NCBI GenBank assembly: GCA_022703055.1
Contig: JAKLEP010000002.1
Location: forward strand, 224,480 to 288,479
Reading direction: 5' to 3'
Source of the DNA: Candidatus Omnitrophota bacterium
GTDB taxonomy: Bacteria > Omnitrophota > Gorgyraeia > VGKH01
Length of the DNA stretch: 64,000 bases
In this document: positions 28,876-37,945 of the stretch, one piece after another
Position numbering within the stretch: position 1 is the first letter of the stretch
Layout of the letters: each line of letters begins with the position of its first letter
Position numbers and translations under genes: made by a program
The notes under the pieces: generated by a model
The model's database searches: none
Seen by the model: the letters and a program-made list of their open reading frames with translations, nothing else
Told to the model about the DNA's origin: nothing

Positions 28876-29484
28876 TTATTTATTTTGCCCGGAACCTTCT
28901 TTTCTACCAAAAAGAAAACCTAGCACCTTTTTGATAAATTTGAATACCTTAATAAACAACCAAACTGTCAGAGCCAGCACAAGTATGATAACCACAGTGG
29001 CGATAACGGGATGTTTCACGATCATATAAAGAACAAATATAGACAATCCATCCTCTGTAGTACTGACGACGGCATTGCTGACCGGTTCGGGAGAAGCATT
29101 GATTGCCAGCCTCGTTCCGGCTTTAGTAAGCTGGGTGCCTCCAGAAAGCGTCCCACAAATCATAGCTAAAGGAATCTGAGCCACCGGCCCAAGATTCGAG
29201 CCTGCCGCAAATCCTAAGGCAGCAGCGCCTATAGGTTTAATAAATGTATGGATGCTATCCCAGATAGTATCAATGTACTTAATCTTATCGGCGAAGAATT
29301 CAATGCCGTACAAAAGCCCGGCGGCGATAAAAACCAAAGGATTGGAGATTACTTTTAAATCACCGGGTAGCCCGATCCATCCCATCCTGCCTGCAAAACC
29401 AAGGACCGCGACAGTTAGATATAACCTAACCCCTGAAGTCCATGAACCACCTAAGAGTAACGGCAAAGAGCTTAACGCTTCCAT
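28876..29484 (-). CDS. DUF4126-like integral membrane protein
   Basis: The start is placed at MEALSSLPLLLGG (ATG 29484). The track N-terminal extension overlaps tRNA-His. Multiple TM segments. Confidence 0.5.
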   Translation of the reverse strand: MEALSSLPLLLGGSWTSGVRLYLTVAVLGFAGRMGWIGLPGDLKVISNPLVFIAAGLLYGIEFFADKIKYIDTIWDSIHTFIKPIGAAALGFAAGSNLGPVAQIPLAMICGTLSGGTQLTKAGTRLAINASPEPVSNAVVSTTEDGLSIFVLYMIVKHPVIATVVIILVLALTVWLFIKVFKFIKKVLGFLFGRKEGSGQNK

Positions 29485-29538
29485 CCAACACCCTTCTCTG
29501 TATATTAATCTCCTATGAAGCCAGAAGAATGATATTAC

Positions 29539-29617
29539 TGGGGTGGGTGACGGGATTCGAACCCGCAACCCTTAGAGCCACAGTCTAATGCTCTAACCAA
29601 GTTGAGCTACACCCACC
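29539..29617 (-). tRNA. tRNA-His (anticodon GTG) with G-1 and an encoded CCA
   Basis: Hand-folded cloverleaf. The acceptor pairs GTGGGTG/CACCCAC, with G-1 opposite the C discriminator. D stem GCTC/GAGC. Anticodon stem TTAGA/TCTAA with loop CTGTGGC. T arm GCGGG-TTCGAAT-CCCGT. Confidence 0.9.
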
Positions 29618-29624
29618 ATTTAAA

Positions 29625-30728
29625 TTATTGCGACGGAGTTTCTACCGGCGCTACTTTCTCTTCTTTAAAAATATTCTCAAAGCTTTTGCCTATTGATTTA
29701 AATTTATCTCCTATAGATTCAAACTTCTGCGGCAGGGCTTCGGGCTCCGTGGCTATTGTGTTCTTTAGCATTTCAGTAAATATACTTCCGGTAATTTTGA
29801 CTAAATTTATCTTAAACGGGATAAGCGTTCCTTTTATGGGCAAATCTAAAGTTATCTGGTTGGTCTTTTCCTGCGAATCTCCTCCTCCTAAAACTGAAGA
29901 AATAAGCCCAGGAATACTAATTTCTTTTGACTCGCCTCCTTGCTGCTGTTCTTCATAAACAATATTATCGATATTAAGATGGCATTTGCCGTCTATTTCG
30001 TTATTTTTAGCAGTTAGATCTATTTGCGAACTTACATTGGCGCTTTTTAATTTTTGTTCAGATAAAAAACTCTGGAAATAAGGACTGAAATATGCGCCGT
30101 CAAGATTGGATAATTTAATGTTTGTATCCATATCTTTCTTTAACCAGCTTATCCACCCATCCGCGCTAAACAAGCCCGGCTTTTCTTTATCTGTCCCCTG
30201 AACTTCCGCGCTCACCCTGAAACGCGGGCTTAAGGGATTGCTTATTTTAAGATCCAATTTTCTTATGACAGAAACAAATCCGTCCGACTTGATTTTCTTA
30301 TCAATGAAATTTACTGTACCGTTGTCGACTATTATTTCTCCAATAATAACCGGCTTACTTTCTCCCTTTTTCTCTTTCAACAAATTATTAAAATTAAAAT
30401 CTCCATTAGCGTTTCTTTGCAGCGTCACTACGGGGTCAACTAAAACTATCTTGCTAAAACCTACGTTGCCGGATAAAAATGCTATGAGGCTGGGTTCAAT
30501 CAATAGCTGTTTTGTCTGAAGGAATCCCTCTATCTTTAGCTCGTCCATCTCCACGGTATGGGGAAAATTTAGTTTTATAGCTCCGATTTCCACCTTAGGC
30601 TTTAAGATATTTTCCATCTGGGAGACGACTAAAGATTTCCCCTTAAGGCTTAAGAAAATAAAACCGATTAAAGAAAAAATAACAAATGCGACGATTAAAA
30701 ATAAAATGATTTTTGCCAATTTTCTCAT
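29625..30728 (-). CDS. N-terminally anchored envelope protein, AsmA/DUF748-like (hypothetical)
   Basis: 367 aa with a single N-terminal TM helix and then a beta-rich repetitive body. It is packed between tRNA-Arg (16 nt upstream) and tRNA-His (7 nt downstream). Confidence 0.45.
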   Translation of the reverse strand: MRKLAKIILFLIVAFVIFSLIGFIFLSLKGKSLVVSQMENILKPKVEIGAIKLNFPHTVEMDELKIEGFLQTKQLLIEPSLIAFLSGNVGFSKIVLVDPVVTLQRNANGDFNFNNLLKEKKGESKPVIIGEIIVDNGTVNFIDKKIKSDGFVSVIRKLDLKISNPLSPRFRVSAEVQGTDKEKPGLFSADGWISWLKKDMDTNIKLSNLDGAYFSPYFQSFLSEQKLKSANVSSQIDLTAKNNEIDGKCHLNIDNIVYEEQQQGGESKEISIPGLISSVLGGGDSQEKTNQITLDLPIKGTLIPFKINLVKITGSIFTEMLKNTIATEPEALPQKFESIGDKFKSIGKSFENIFKEEKVAPVETPSQ

Positions 30729-30744
30729 TGCATTTCCTTTTTTA

Positions 30745-30821
30745 TGGCGCGCCCGGCCCGGTTCGAACGGGCGACCCTCTGCTTAGAAGGCAGATGCTCT
30801 ATCCAACTGAGCTACGGGCGC
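30745..30821 (-). tRNA. tRNA-Arg (anticodon TCT) with an encoded CCA
   Basis: Cloverleaf: acceptor GCGCCCG/CGGGCGC, D stem GCTC/GAGC, anticodon stem TCTGC/GCAGA with loop CTTCTAA, T arm GCCCG-TTCGAAC-CGGGC. Confidence 0.9.
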
Positions 30822-30896
30822 ACAGATATTAATAAACCTTCGCTAACCGATCTTTTTTGACTTGGATAATTTTGCTAAAATCCTAACTTGAGCAAA

Positions 30897-30975
30897 TGGT
30901 CGGGGAGGTGGGACTTGAACCCACGACCTCTTGGTCCCAAACCAAGCGCTCTAAGCCAAACTGAGCCACTCCCCG
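30897..30975 (-). tRNA. tRNA-Pro (anticodon TGG) with an encoded CCA
   Basis: Cloverleaf: acceptor CGGGGAG/CTCCCCG, D stem GCTC/GAGC, anticodon stem CTTGG/CCAAG with loop TTTGGGA, T arm GTGGG-TTCAAGT-CCCAC. Confidence 0.9.
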
Positions 30976-31048
30976 AATTGCTACAATCCAATACTTTAGC
31001 AATTCAGTGCTGAGCCCTAAAGGGCTAGGCACCTTTCTAAAGGAGTGT

Positions 31049-31077
31049 ATTATAACATGTAAGAATAATTTTTGCAA
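31049..31077 (-). promoter_or_regulatory. Near-consensus promoter for the tRNA-Pro/Arg/asmA-like/tRNA-His transcription unit (TTGCAA-17 nt-TATAAT)
   Basis: Hexamers on the minus strand at 31077-31072 and 31054-31049. It lies about 70 nt upstream of tRNA-Pro. Confidence 0.55.
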
Positions 31078-31080
31078 CTG

Positions 31081-31109
31081 TTGAAAATTTACTATAAATA
31101 TTATATAAT
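31081..31109 (+). promoter_or_regulatory. Near-consensus promoter for the TamB-like gene (TTGAAA-17 nt-TATAAT)
   Basis: Hexamers at 31081-31086 and 31104-31109. The ATG is at 31119, only 9 nt after the -10, with no SD between them. Confidence 0.5.
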
Positions 31110-31118
31110 GCGGTAGTT

Positions 31119-33596
31119 ATGAAAAAGAAAATATTAGTAGTTATAGCTATATTACTCTTTATTTTTATTTTACTTTCGGTCGTGACCTATCTAAATAAGC
31201 CCCTGATCTTAGATAAGGCCAAAACCATACTTTTAGATAATATCCAAGCTTCCACCGGAAGAACTGTCAGGATAGGTAAAATCGATTTTAACCTCCTGCA
31301 AGGATTCCTTATCCATGATCTGGAAATTTCTGAAAAACCGCCTCTAGATAAATCCGCATTTTTGACCATTAAAGAGATCTCTTTCAACCCTGTATTATTT
31401 CCTTTTATATTAAAAAAGAATATTTTTATTCCTTCCGTTAACGTATCTGGTTTAAATGCCAATATAACCAGAATTGATAAGGCAAATTGGAATTTCTCTG
31501 ACATATTTGCATCTATGTCCTCTAAACCCAAAACAAAGCCTAAATTTTCTTTTACGGTCCTGAAAATAAACCTTAGCGATTCACAAGTTACATTCCAGGA
31601 TAACACCTTTGCTGTTCCTTTTATAAAGAAACTTAAAGATCTATCCCTAGTAATTAAACCATCTTTTCCGACGAGCGCTAAGTTTGACCTGAAGGCTGAA
31701 GTTGAACAGGAAAATAGCAAAATCTTATCCAGCGGAAGAATTGATTTCTCAACAAAACAAACATCTATATCAATGAATTTAGACAACCTATCTATCCCTG
31801 AATATCTCGCATATCTGAATAACCTCCCCTTCTCTTTAAAAAACGGCAGATTATCAACAAAAATAGCCTGCAGTTATAGCGACGGACAATTACAATTAGA
31901 AGGTTCTGGTTCGCTAAGCGGCATTACCATTATCAAAGACAAATTAGAAATCCAGTCAGATTTAAGCTCTAAATTCAAAGCCAATTACAATCCCAAAAAC
32001 CAAGCTAAGCCGCTTGATTATGAAGCGCTGATTAACTTATCTAATACCAAAACCTCGGGCCTTCCCTACATAAAAGAAATAAATTCAATAAGCGGGAAGC
32101 TCAAGCTTTCTTTAGATAAACTTATTTTTGATGAAACCAAGGGAAACTCCCTCTTCGGCCCATTGACGCTTTCGGGAAGCCTGTATAATTTCGCTAACCC
32201 TGAGCTTGACGTAAAAATCAAGTCTATCTTAGACCTGACAAGGCTAAAGGACGTATTGGGAGTAAAAAATGCGGAGATTGGAGGAGTTTCGGATACAGAA
32301 TTAACTGTCAAAGGGCCACTCTCTTCTTTAGAAAATCTTAATTTTAAAGGAAAGGCGAGTATATCCAAGGCTAAATTTAATGCCGACTATCTTCCGGAAG
32401 CCATAAAAGATATTAATACCACTGTAAATTTTGATAAAAATAGAATCGCGTGGAAAGACCTAACCGCAAAATTCCAGAAAGAAACCTATAGCTCAAGCGG
32501 CTCTTTGGATAATTTCCTAAACCCGCTTATAAAACTAAATTTATCTTCGAGCCAAGTTAACCTCGTTGGTGAATTTGCCATTGCAAATAAAATCTTGGCC
32601 ATATCGAAACTGGACGGCTCGCTATTAAAAAGTAAATTCGACATTAAAGGCGAAGTTAATATTTCAAATGTTAGCAATCCTTTACTAAATATCTCCGGCG
32701 ATGCCGATATCGACCTGAATGATTTAGGCAGCTTTAATACGAACATTAAAGATATCCTGAATAATACAAAATTGTCTGGCGTAGCAAAGGCTAAAATAAT
32801 CCTAGTAGGAAGGCTAAAAGACCGCTCTGATTGGCAGGCCAGCCTCAAAGGCACCTCAAAATTAATTTCCATTTATGGTTTCAAGATTAATGATGTGAAC
32901 CTGGATTATTCTCAAGACAATTCGCCCATAGCTAATATTTTGCTTGTGGGAAAACCGTATTCTGGCGAGCTTGCCGTAAAAAATCAAATCGATTTATCTA
33001 AGGCTAATTTGCCTTTTGTACTAAAAGTTAACCTTAACGGCGTCGATATATCACAGCTCAAAAACGATACTCCGATAAAAGACAAAGAAATTTCAGGGAA
33101 GTTTTTCGGCGATGCGAGCCTGCAAGGTTCATACAATGATGTAAAAAATACCCTTAATGGCTTTGGCAATATCCATATTGAAGATGGCAACCTGTGGCAA
33201 CTAGAGATGTTAAAAGGACTAGGACAGTTCTTGCTTATCCCTGAATTCCAAAAAATCAATTTCAAGGAAGCAAGCGGAGATTTCACTATTGAGAATAATA
33301 AAATTTCTACCGAGGATTTTACGCTATCAAGCGATCCGTTGAATATGTTGCTTGAGGGGTATATAGATTTTGGCGGCAATATCAACTTTAAGGTTACAAC
33401 TCAAGTTGCGGAAGGCTTGATTAAGGGCCCGACGGATTTACAGGGGATCTTTAGTTCAATACTTTCACAATCTACAAACGCTATTACGATACAGTTGACC
33501 GGCACCTTAAAAAACCCTAAGTATAAAATTATTCCTATCCCGGGCCAGATCTTTAAGAAGGCTAAAGATTTTATTTTCGAAGAACTCGTGCCATAA
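31119..33596 (+). CDS. AsmA-family / TamB-like large envelope protein
   Basis: 825 aa with an N-terminal TM anchor, then a long beta-rich repetitive region and a C-terminal block (NFKVTTQV...TGTLKNPKY) typical of AsmA/TamB-like proteins. Confidence 0.6.
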   Translation: MKKKILVVIAILLFIFILLSVVTYLNKPLILDKAKTILLDNIQASTGRTVRIGKIDFNLLQGFLIHDLEISEKPPLDKSAFLTIKEISFNPVLFPFILKKNIFIPSVNVSGLNANITRIDKANWNFSDIFASMSSKPKTKPKFSFTVLKINLSDSQVTFQDNTFAVPFIKKLKDLSLVIKPSFPTSAKFDLKAEVEQENSKILSSGRIDFSTKQTSISMNLDNLSIPEYLAYLNNLPFSLKNGRLSTKIACSYSDGQLQLEGSGSLSGITIIKDKLEIQSDLSSKFKANYNPKNQAKPLDYEALINLSNTKTSGLPYIKEINSISGKLKLSLDKLIFDETKGNSLFGPLTLSGSLYNFANPELDVKIKSILDLTRLKDVLGVKNAEIGGVSDTELTVKGPLSSLENLNFKGKASISKAKFNADYLPEAIKDINTTVNFDKNRIAWKDLTAKFQKETYSSSGSLDNFLNPLIKLNLSSSQVNLVGEFAIANKILAISKLDGSLLKSKFDIKGEVNISNVSNPLLNISGDADIDLNDLGSFNTNIKDILNNTKLSGVAKAKIILVGRLKDRSDWQASLKGTSKLISIYGFKINDVNLDYSQDNSPIANILLVGKPYSGELAVKNQIDLSKANLPFVLKVNLNGVDISQLKNDTPIKDKEISGKFFGDASLQGSYNDVKNTLNGFGNIHIEDGNLWQLEMLKGLGQFLLIPEFQKINFKEASGDFTIENNKISTEDFTLSSDPLNMLLEGYIDFGGNINFKVTTQVAEGLIKGPTDLQGIFSSILSQSTNAITIQLTGTLKNPKYKIIPIPGQIFKKAKDFIFEELVP

Positions 33597-34167
33597 CTCT
33601 CTTGGCTTTTTTAATGGCCTTTGCCCTGTGGCTCATGGTATGTTTGATTTTTTCACCAAGCTCGGCAAAGGTCTTACTATATTTGGGGATGATAAATAGC
33701 GGGTCATAGCCAAAACCTGCGCTGCCCTTAGAACGAAATCCTATCAAGCCGTTGCAACTACCGTTTACAACGGCAATTAATTTGTGCTTATCGGCGATGG
33801 CTATGCTGCATCTATAGCGGGCATTCCTTTTTTTCAAAGGAATGTTTTTAAGGTCTCTTAACAATTTCAGGTTATTCTTTTTGTCGGTCGCGCCTTCCCC
33901 TGAATAACGCGATGAATAAACTCCCGGCTTATTTTTTAACGCCTTTACCTCTAATCCTGAATCCTCTCCCATTGTGAGCTTGCCTGTATACATGGCAATA
34001 GTCGCTGCTTTCTTGATTGCGTTTTGATCAAAGGTCTTGCCGTCTTCGATAATTTTGGGCGCGCGCGGGAAATCTGCCAAAGAAAGAATCTTCAGATTAA
34101 AATCTGCCAATAATTCTTCTATCTCTTTTAACTTCTTTTTGTTTTTGGTGGCGACTACTAAATCCAT
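33571..34167 (-). CDS. rdgB: Non-canonical purine NTP pyrophosphatase (RdgB/HAM1, XTP/dITP diphosphatase)
   Basis: 198 aa. Motifs seen: VVATKNKKKLKE, EDSGLEV, GFGYDPLF. Its 3' end overlaps the convergent TamB-like gene by 26 nt. Confidence 0.85.
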   Translation of the reverse strand: MDLVVATKNKKKLKEIEELLADFNLKILSLADFPRAPKIIEDGKTFDQNAIKKAATIAMYTGKLTMGEDSGLEVKALKNKPGVYSSRYSGEGATDKKNNLKLLRDLKNIPLKKRNARYRCSIAIADKHKLIAVVNGSCNGLIGFRSKGSAGFGYDPLFIIPKYSKTFAELGEKIKHTMSHRAKAIKKAKRVMARVLRK

Positions 34168-34181
34168 GCCCTACCCTAACA

Positions 34182-34652
34182 TTACCTGCTAATCTTTAAT
34201 ATTTTATATTTTAAAATCCCGGCGGGAATCTTGATTTCAACAATCTCGTTTTCCTTATGATTCATCAGGGCGCCACCTACGGGAGAAGAAAAAGAAATCT
34301 TGCCCTGATCAAAATCCGCCTCTTCCGCCGAAACAATGGTGTATTCTAATTCTTCATCCGTGTCCAAATCCTTGAGCTTAACAATAGCCCCGATTAGAAC
34401 TCTGTCGCTTGCGATATTTTCATCGTCGATAATCCTAGCGTGGCTCAATTTCAACTCTAGCTCAACAACTCTTTTTTCGTTTAAGGCCTGCGCTTCTTTA
34501 GCGGCATCATATTCGGCATTTTCGCCGATATCCCCATGCGATCTGGCTTCTCCAATTGCCTTAGAGAGTTTTCTACGCTTGTTAGTCTTTAGATCTTCCA
34601 ACTCATCGATCAATTTCTGGTATCCGGCTCTGGTTAAATATATCTCTTCCAT
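34182..34652 (-). CDS. greA: Transcription elongation factor GreA
   Basis: 156 aa. Motifs seen: GDIGENAEYDAAKE in the coiled coil, and SPVGGALMNHK. Confidence 0.9.
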   Translation of the reverse strand: MEEIYLTRAGYQKLIDELEDLKTNKRRKLSKAIGEARSHGDIGENAEYDAAKEAQALNEKRVVELELKLSHARIIDDENIASDRVLIGAIVKLKDLDTDEELEYTIVSAEEADFDQGKISFSSPVGGALMNHKENEIVEIKIPAGILKYKILKISR

Positions 34653-34655
34653 AAT

Positions 34656-35369
34656 TTATAAAATATCCTTGAATAAATTCCTCTGGATGTCGACAAGCTC
34701 GCCTATGCCTTTTTGGGCTAAGGCAAGCAGTTTATCCATCTGCTCCTTGGTAAAAGTCTTGCCTTCGGCAGTTCCCTGGACTTCGATAAACTCGCCCTTG
34801 CCGGTCATAACAATGTTCATATCCACTTCAGCCTTGGAATCTTCAGCGTAACTTAAATCCAGTAGAATGCTGTTTTCTACGATACCTACGGAAGTGGCGG
34901 CCACAAAATCTTTAATAGGGATTTTGGTAATCAAACCTTCCTTTTTTAATTTGTTTAAGGCGTCAACAAGCGCAATAAAACTCCCTGTTATGGAAGCTGT
35001 GCGCGTTCCGCCGTCGGCTTGGATGACATCGCAATCAAGCCTGATGGTACGCTCTCCCAGGCTTTTCATATCAACAACAGATCTTAAACTTCTGCCGACC
35101 AATCTTTGAATCTCGTAAGTGCGGCCGGAATTTTTGTCCCTGGGGATTCTGGTCTCGCAGGAACGCGGCAGCATACCGTATTCGGCTGTCAGCCATCCGG
35201 TGCCGGTGCCTTTTAAGAAAGTCGGGACAGATTCTTCAATGGTGGCAGTACAGACCACTCGAGTATTGCCGAGTTCGATTAAACAAGAACCCTCGGCATA
35301 TTTGATATAATTTCTGGTTATGGTGACTTTACGCAATCTATCCAATCCGCGGTTGTCATTTCGTATCAT
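34656..35369 (-). CDS. rph: Ribonuclease PH
   Basis: Motifs seen: TAEYGMLPR and [18 protein letters not shown]. The start is placed at MIRNDNRG (ATG 35369), preceded by AAGGAGT. Confidence 0.9.
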   Translation of the reverse strand: MIRNDNRGLDRLRKVTITRNYIKYAEGSCLIELGNTRVVCTATIEESVPTFLKGTGTGWLTAEYGMLPRSCETRIPRDKNSGRTYEIQRLVGRSLRSVVDMKSLGERTIRLDCDVIQADGGTRTASITGSFIALVDALNKLKKEGLITKIPIKDFVAATSVGIVENSILLDLSYAEDSKAEVDMNIVMTGKGEFIEVQGTAEGKTFTKEQMDKLLALAQKGIGELVDIQRNLFKDIL

Positions 35370-35874
35370 AGATACTCCTTCCTTTTGAATCAATCCCCAC
35401 GATTAAAGGAAAATCTTTTACTTTTAATTCGTAAATTGCCTCAGGACCCAAATCTTTATAGGCAACTATTCTCTTTGATTTTATTTTTTGTGACAATAAA
35501 GCTCCACAACCTGCCGGAGCAAGAAAATATACCGCCTTATGCCTTTTTATCGATTGCCTGACTTTTTCCGAACGGGCGCCTTTGCCGATCATGGCAATTA
35601 AGCCAGCAGCAAGCAACTTAGGAGTAAATTCATCCATCCTGGAGCTTGTTGTGGGACCGGCCGAACCGATAATTTTGCCTTTAGGAGTTTGCGTAGGACC
35701 GCAATAATAAATGATTTTGTCCTTAATCAAGTTTCTTCGCTTGCCGATTTCTTTAATCAATCTTTTGTGCGCCTGGTCTCGGGCAGTATAAATTATCCCT
35801 GTAAGCAAAATCTCGTCGCCAACATTGAGACTCTTTATTAATTCTTTAGTTAACGGAGTAAATATTCTTTTCAT
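35356..35874 (-). CDS. Class I (Fe-S) fumarate hydratase / L-tartrate dehydratase-type, beta subunit
   Basis: Motifs seen: [14 protein letters not shown] and GPTTSSRMD. The start at MKRIFTPL (ATG 35874) overlaps the alpha-subunit stop as ATGA. Confidence 0.8.
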   Translation of the reverse strand: MKRIFTPLTKELIKSLNVGDEILLTGIIYTARDQAHKRLIKEIGKRRNLIKDKIIYYCGPTQTPKGKIIGSAGPTTSSRMDEFTPKLLAAGLIAMIGKGARSEKVRQSIKRHKAVYFLAPAGCGALLSQKIKSKRIVAYKDLGPEAIYELKVKDFPLIVGIDSKGRSIYDTK

Positions 35875-36710
35875 AGGACTTTTGTTGCGCTGCGTAGTGC
35901 ATGACAACTGATATTAACTGCAACAGGCAGGCCTGCGATATGGGTTGGATAGGTTTCGATATTGACAGCTAAGGCGGTAGTTTTTCCGCCTAAGCCCATG
36001 GGACCGATATTAAGCTTATTAATACGCGATAATAGTTCTTTTTCTAAAAGACTTATGCGCTTTTGCGCATGGCGTTTATTAATCTGGCGCAAAAGCGCTT
36101 TTTTCGCCAGTAAATTCGCCAAATCCGCAGTCCCTCCGATTCCTATTGCCACCACGTACGGCGGACAAGCATCCGGACCTGCAGTTTCTACAGCATCAAT
36201 AATGAATTTCTTTATCGCATCTATCCCAACGGTAGGATTAAACATCTTCAGCTGAGATTTATTCTCGCAACCAAAACCTTTAGGCAAAACTGTTAGCTTT
36301 AACTTATTACCTTTCGCCAAGTCGATATGAATAACTGCCGGAGAGAATTTGGATTTACCGCGGATCAAAGGATCGCTGATGATAGAATTTCTTAAACTCG
36401 CTTTTTTATAACCTAACTCAATGCCTTTATTAATCGCCTGTTTTAAATCTCCTATTATCTGAATATTATGACCAAGCTCCACGAAAACAACCGGCAATCC
36501 CGTATCTTGACAAATCGCTATCTTCTCTCTTTTAGCAATTGCTGCATTATCAATGACATCCTTGAGCATGCTTTTTGCCCGGGAATTTTTCTCTTTATAA
36601 TAGGCTGTCTTCAAGGCCGCCAAAACGTCTTTTCTTAGCCGGAAATTAGCCTCTACACAAAGCTGGGATATGGTTTTCGTGACGAGATTTGCATTAACTT
36701 TTTTAGACAA
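35871..36710 (-). CDS. Class I fumarate hydratase, alpha subunit
   Basis: 279 aa with CQDTG and GIGGT motifs. TTG start, preceded by GGAGGA. Confidence 0.8.
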   Translation of the reverse strand: MSKKVNANLVTKTISQLCVEANFRLRKDVLAALKTAYYKEKNSRAKSMLKDVIDNAAIAKREKIAICQDTGLPVVFVELGHNIQIIGDLKQAINKGIELGYKKASLRNSIISDPLIRGKSKFSPAVIHIDLAKGNKLKLTVLPKGFGCENKSQLKMFNPTVGIDAIKKFIIDAVETAGPDACPPYVVAIGIGGTADLANLLAKKALLRQINKRHAQKRISLLEKELLSRINKLNIGPMGLGGKTTALAVNIETYPTHIAGLPVAVNISCHALRSATKVL

Positions 36711-36756
36711 TTATCTATTCCTCCAAGGAGTATTTAAACGCTAATTACAGAAAAGA

Positions 36757-36873
36757 TTATTTTCTAAAAGCCTGATACATACCGTAGCTTGCGGCTGCAG
36801 ACAATAAAAGTGCAATGCAACCCTGCAGCATAGGCATAGACAACAACAATAAAATTATTATAATTTTCTTCAC
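36757..36873 (-). CDS. Possible 38-aa lipoprotein or membrane peptide
   Basis: Hand translation gives VKKIIIILLLLSMPMLQGCIALLLSAAASYGMYQAFRK*. It has a lipobox-like LQGC. The GTG start overlaps the queF stop (GTGA). It is too short for the ORF track. Confidence 0.3.
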   Translation of the reverse strand: MKKIIIILLLLSMPMLQGCIALLLSAAASYGMYQAFRK

Positions 36874-37274
36874 CTAAGCTTCCTCTCATAAATTGCCGAA
36901 ACCGTGGTCTTAATCCCGCCGCGGGTGTTCATCTCTACTTCAATCCTCGCAAAATGCGGCTTGCAGGCTTTGACAAAATCTTCCAGAATTTTATTAGTCA
37001 GATGCTCGTGAAAAATACCCACATTGCGATAAGAAATTAAATATATCTTAAAGGATTTTAATTCAACGCAGAATTTATCCGGAACATAATTTATTTTGAT
37101 ATTGGCAAAATCAGGCAAGCCTGTCTTAGGGCAAATACAGGTAAATTCGGATGTTTCCAGCGTCACCGTTTCTTCTTTATCCGGATACTGATTCTGCCAG
37201 ACTTCAATCTTCGGCGTTTTTAAATTTCTAACATTTTTCTGCAGACCTTCGTAGGATGATTTTTTCGCGCTCAT
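36870..37274 (-). CDS. queF: NADPH-dependent 7-cyano-7-deazaguanine (preQ0) reductase, small type I form
   Basis: 134 aa. Motifs seen: EFTCICPKTGLPDFA and the QueF motif E(L)KSFK.YL.SYRN.GIFHE. Confidence 0.85.
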   Translation of the reverse strand: MSAKKSSYEGLQKNVRNLKTPKIEVWQNQYPDKEETVTLETSEFTCICPKTGLPDFANIKINYVPDKFCVELKSFKIYLISYRNVGIFHEHLTNKILEDFVKACKPHFARIEVEMNTRGGIKTTVSAIYERKLR

Positions 37275-37945
37275 TTGATCCCTGCCATCTTATGCAACTG
37301 CGGCATAATTCTTACGTCTTTAATCTTGCCAAGACAAAGCCCCTGAAGCTCGATTATCTTATTTAACAAGGTCTTAGTGAATTCAAAGGAATTTGGCTGT
37401 AGCACCACCGGAATCTTAGGATCAATTTTAGCAATCATTTCAAAGGCTTTTTTAAGGTCTTCTTTTTTAGTGGAATCGCAGATAACAATCTTGACAAAAA
37501 TATTCTTATTCTTTGCCAGGGACAGGAAATCCCGATGTTCTTTCCAAAAACTCTTATCTCTAGTCGAAGTTGGAAGTTTTATATCCATGGAGATAATATC
37601 CACATCGTCTTTTATTTCTTTAAATGCGCCGGGCAAGGTTCCATTGGTCTCCAGATAAGTGGTTATCCCTTGGTTTTTAAACAGCCTCAAGGTCTCTTTC
37701 AAGAAATCTTTATGCAACAGCGGCTCTCCGCCGGTAAAACTTACCGAATGAAATCCCCGCGATGTCTTTATGATTTTATTAAATAAATCTAAGCTGGTGT
37801 ATTTATCGTAATAATTAAGCTTGGTATCGCAGAACCGGCATTTTAGATTGCAACCGAAGAATCTGACAAAAACCTGCCTTACCCCGGCGTAAAGGCCTTC
37901 GCCCTGGATACTCTCAAAAATCTCAGCTATTTTTGCTTTAACCAT
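37271..37945 (-). CDS. queE: 7-carboxy-7-deazaguanine synthase (radical SAM)
   Basis: Motifs seen: EIFESIQGEG and FGCNLKCRFCDT. The start is placed at MVKAKIAEIF (ATG 37945). The 23-codon track extension is rejected. Confidence 0.85.
   Translation of the reverse strand: MVKAKIAEIFESIQGEGLYAGVRQVFVRFFGCNLKCRFCDTKLNYYDKYTSLDLFNKIIKTSRGFHSVSFTGGEPLLHKDFLKETLRLFKNQGITTYLETNGTLPGAFKEIKDDVDIISMDIKLPTSTRDKSFWKEHRDFLSLAKNKNIFVKIVICDSTKKEDLKKAFEMIAKIDPKIPVVLQPNSFEFTKTLLNKIIELQGLCLGKIKDVRIMPQLHKMAGIK

Noticed and set aside
29485-29568. N-terminal extension of the DUF4126-like ORF (track start 29568).
   Set aside because: The extension overlaps tRNA-His (29539-29617). The internal ATG at 29484 begins the hydrophobic family-typical sequence.
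29539-30975. The tRNA cluster as an integration hotspot or genomic island boundary.
   Set aside because: No integrase, no phage or plasmid genes, and no direct repeat of a tRNA 3' end that I could spot nearby. Only the single AsmA-like ORF is unusual, and it is reported separately.
30883-31077. 64-aa minus-strand ORF in the track.
   Set aside because: It runs straight through tRNA-Pro (30897-30975). It is an artefact of an open frame across the tRNA.
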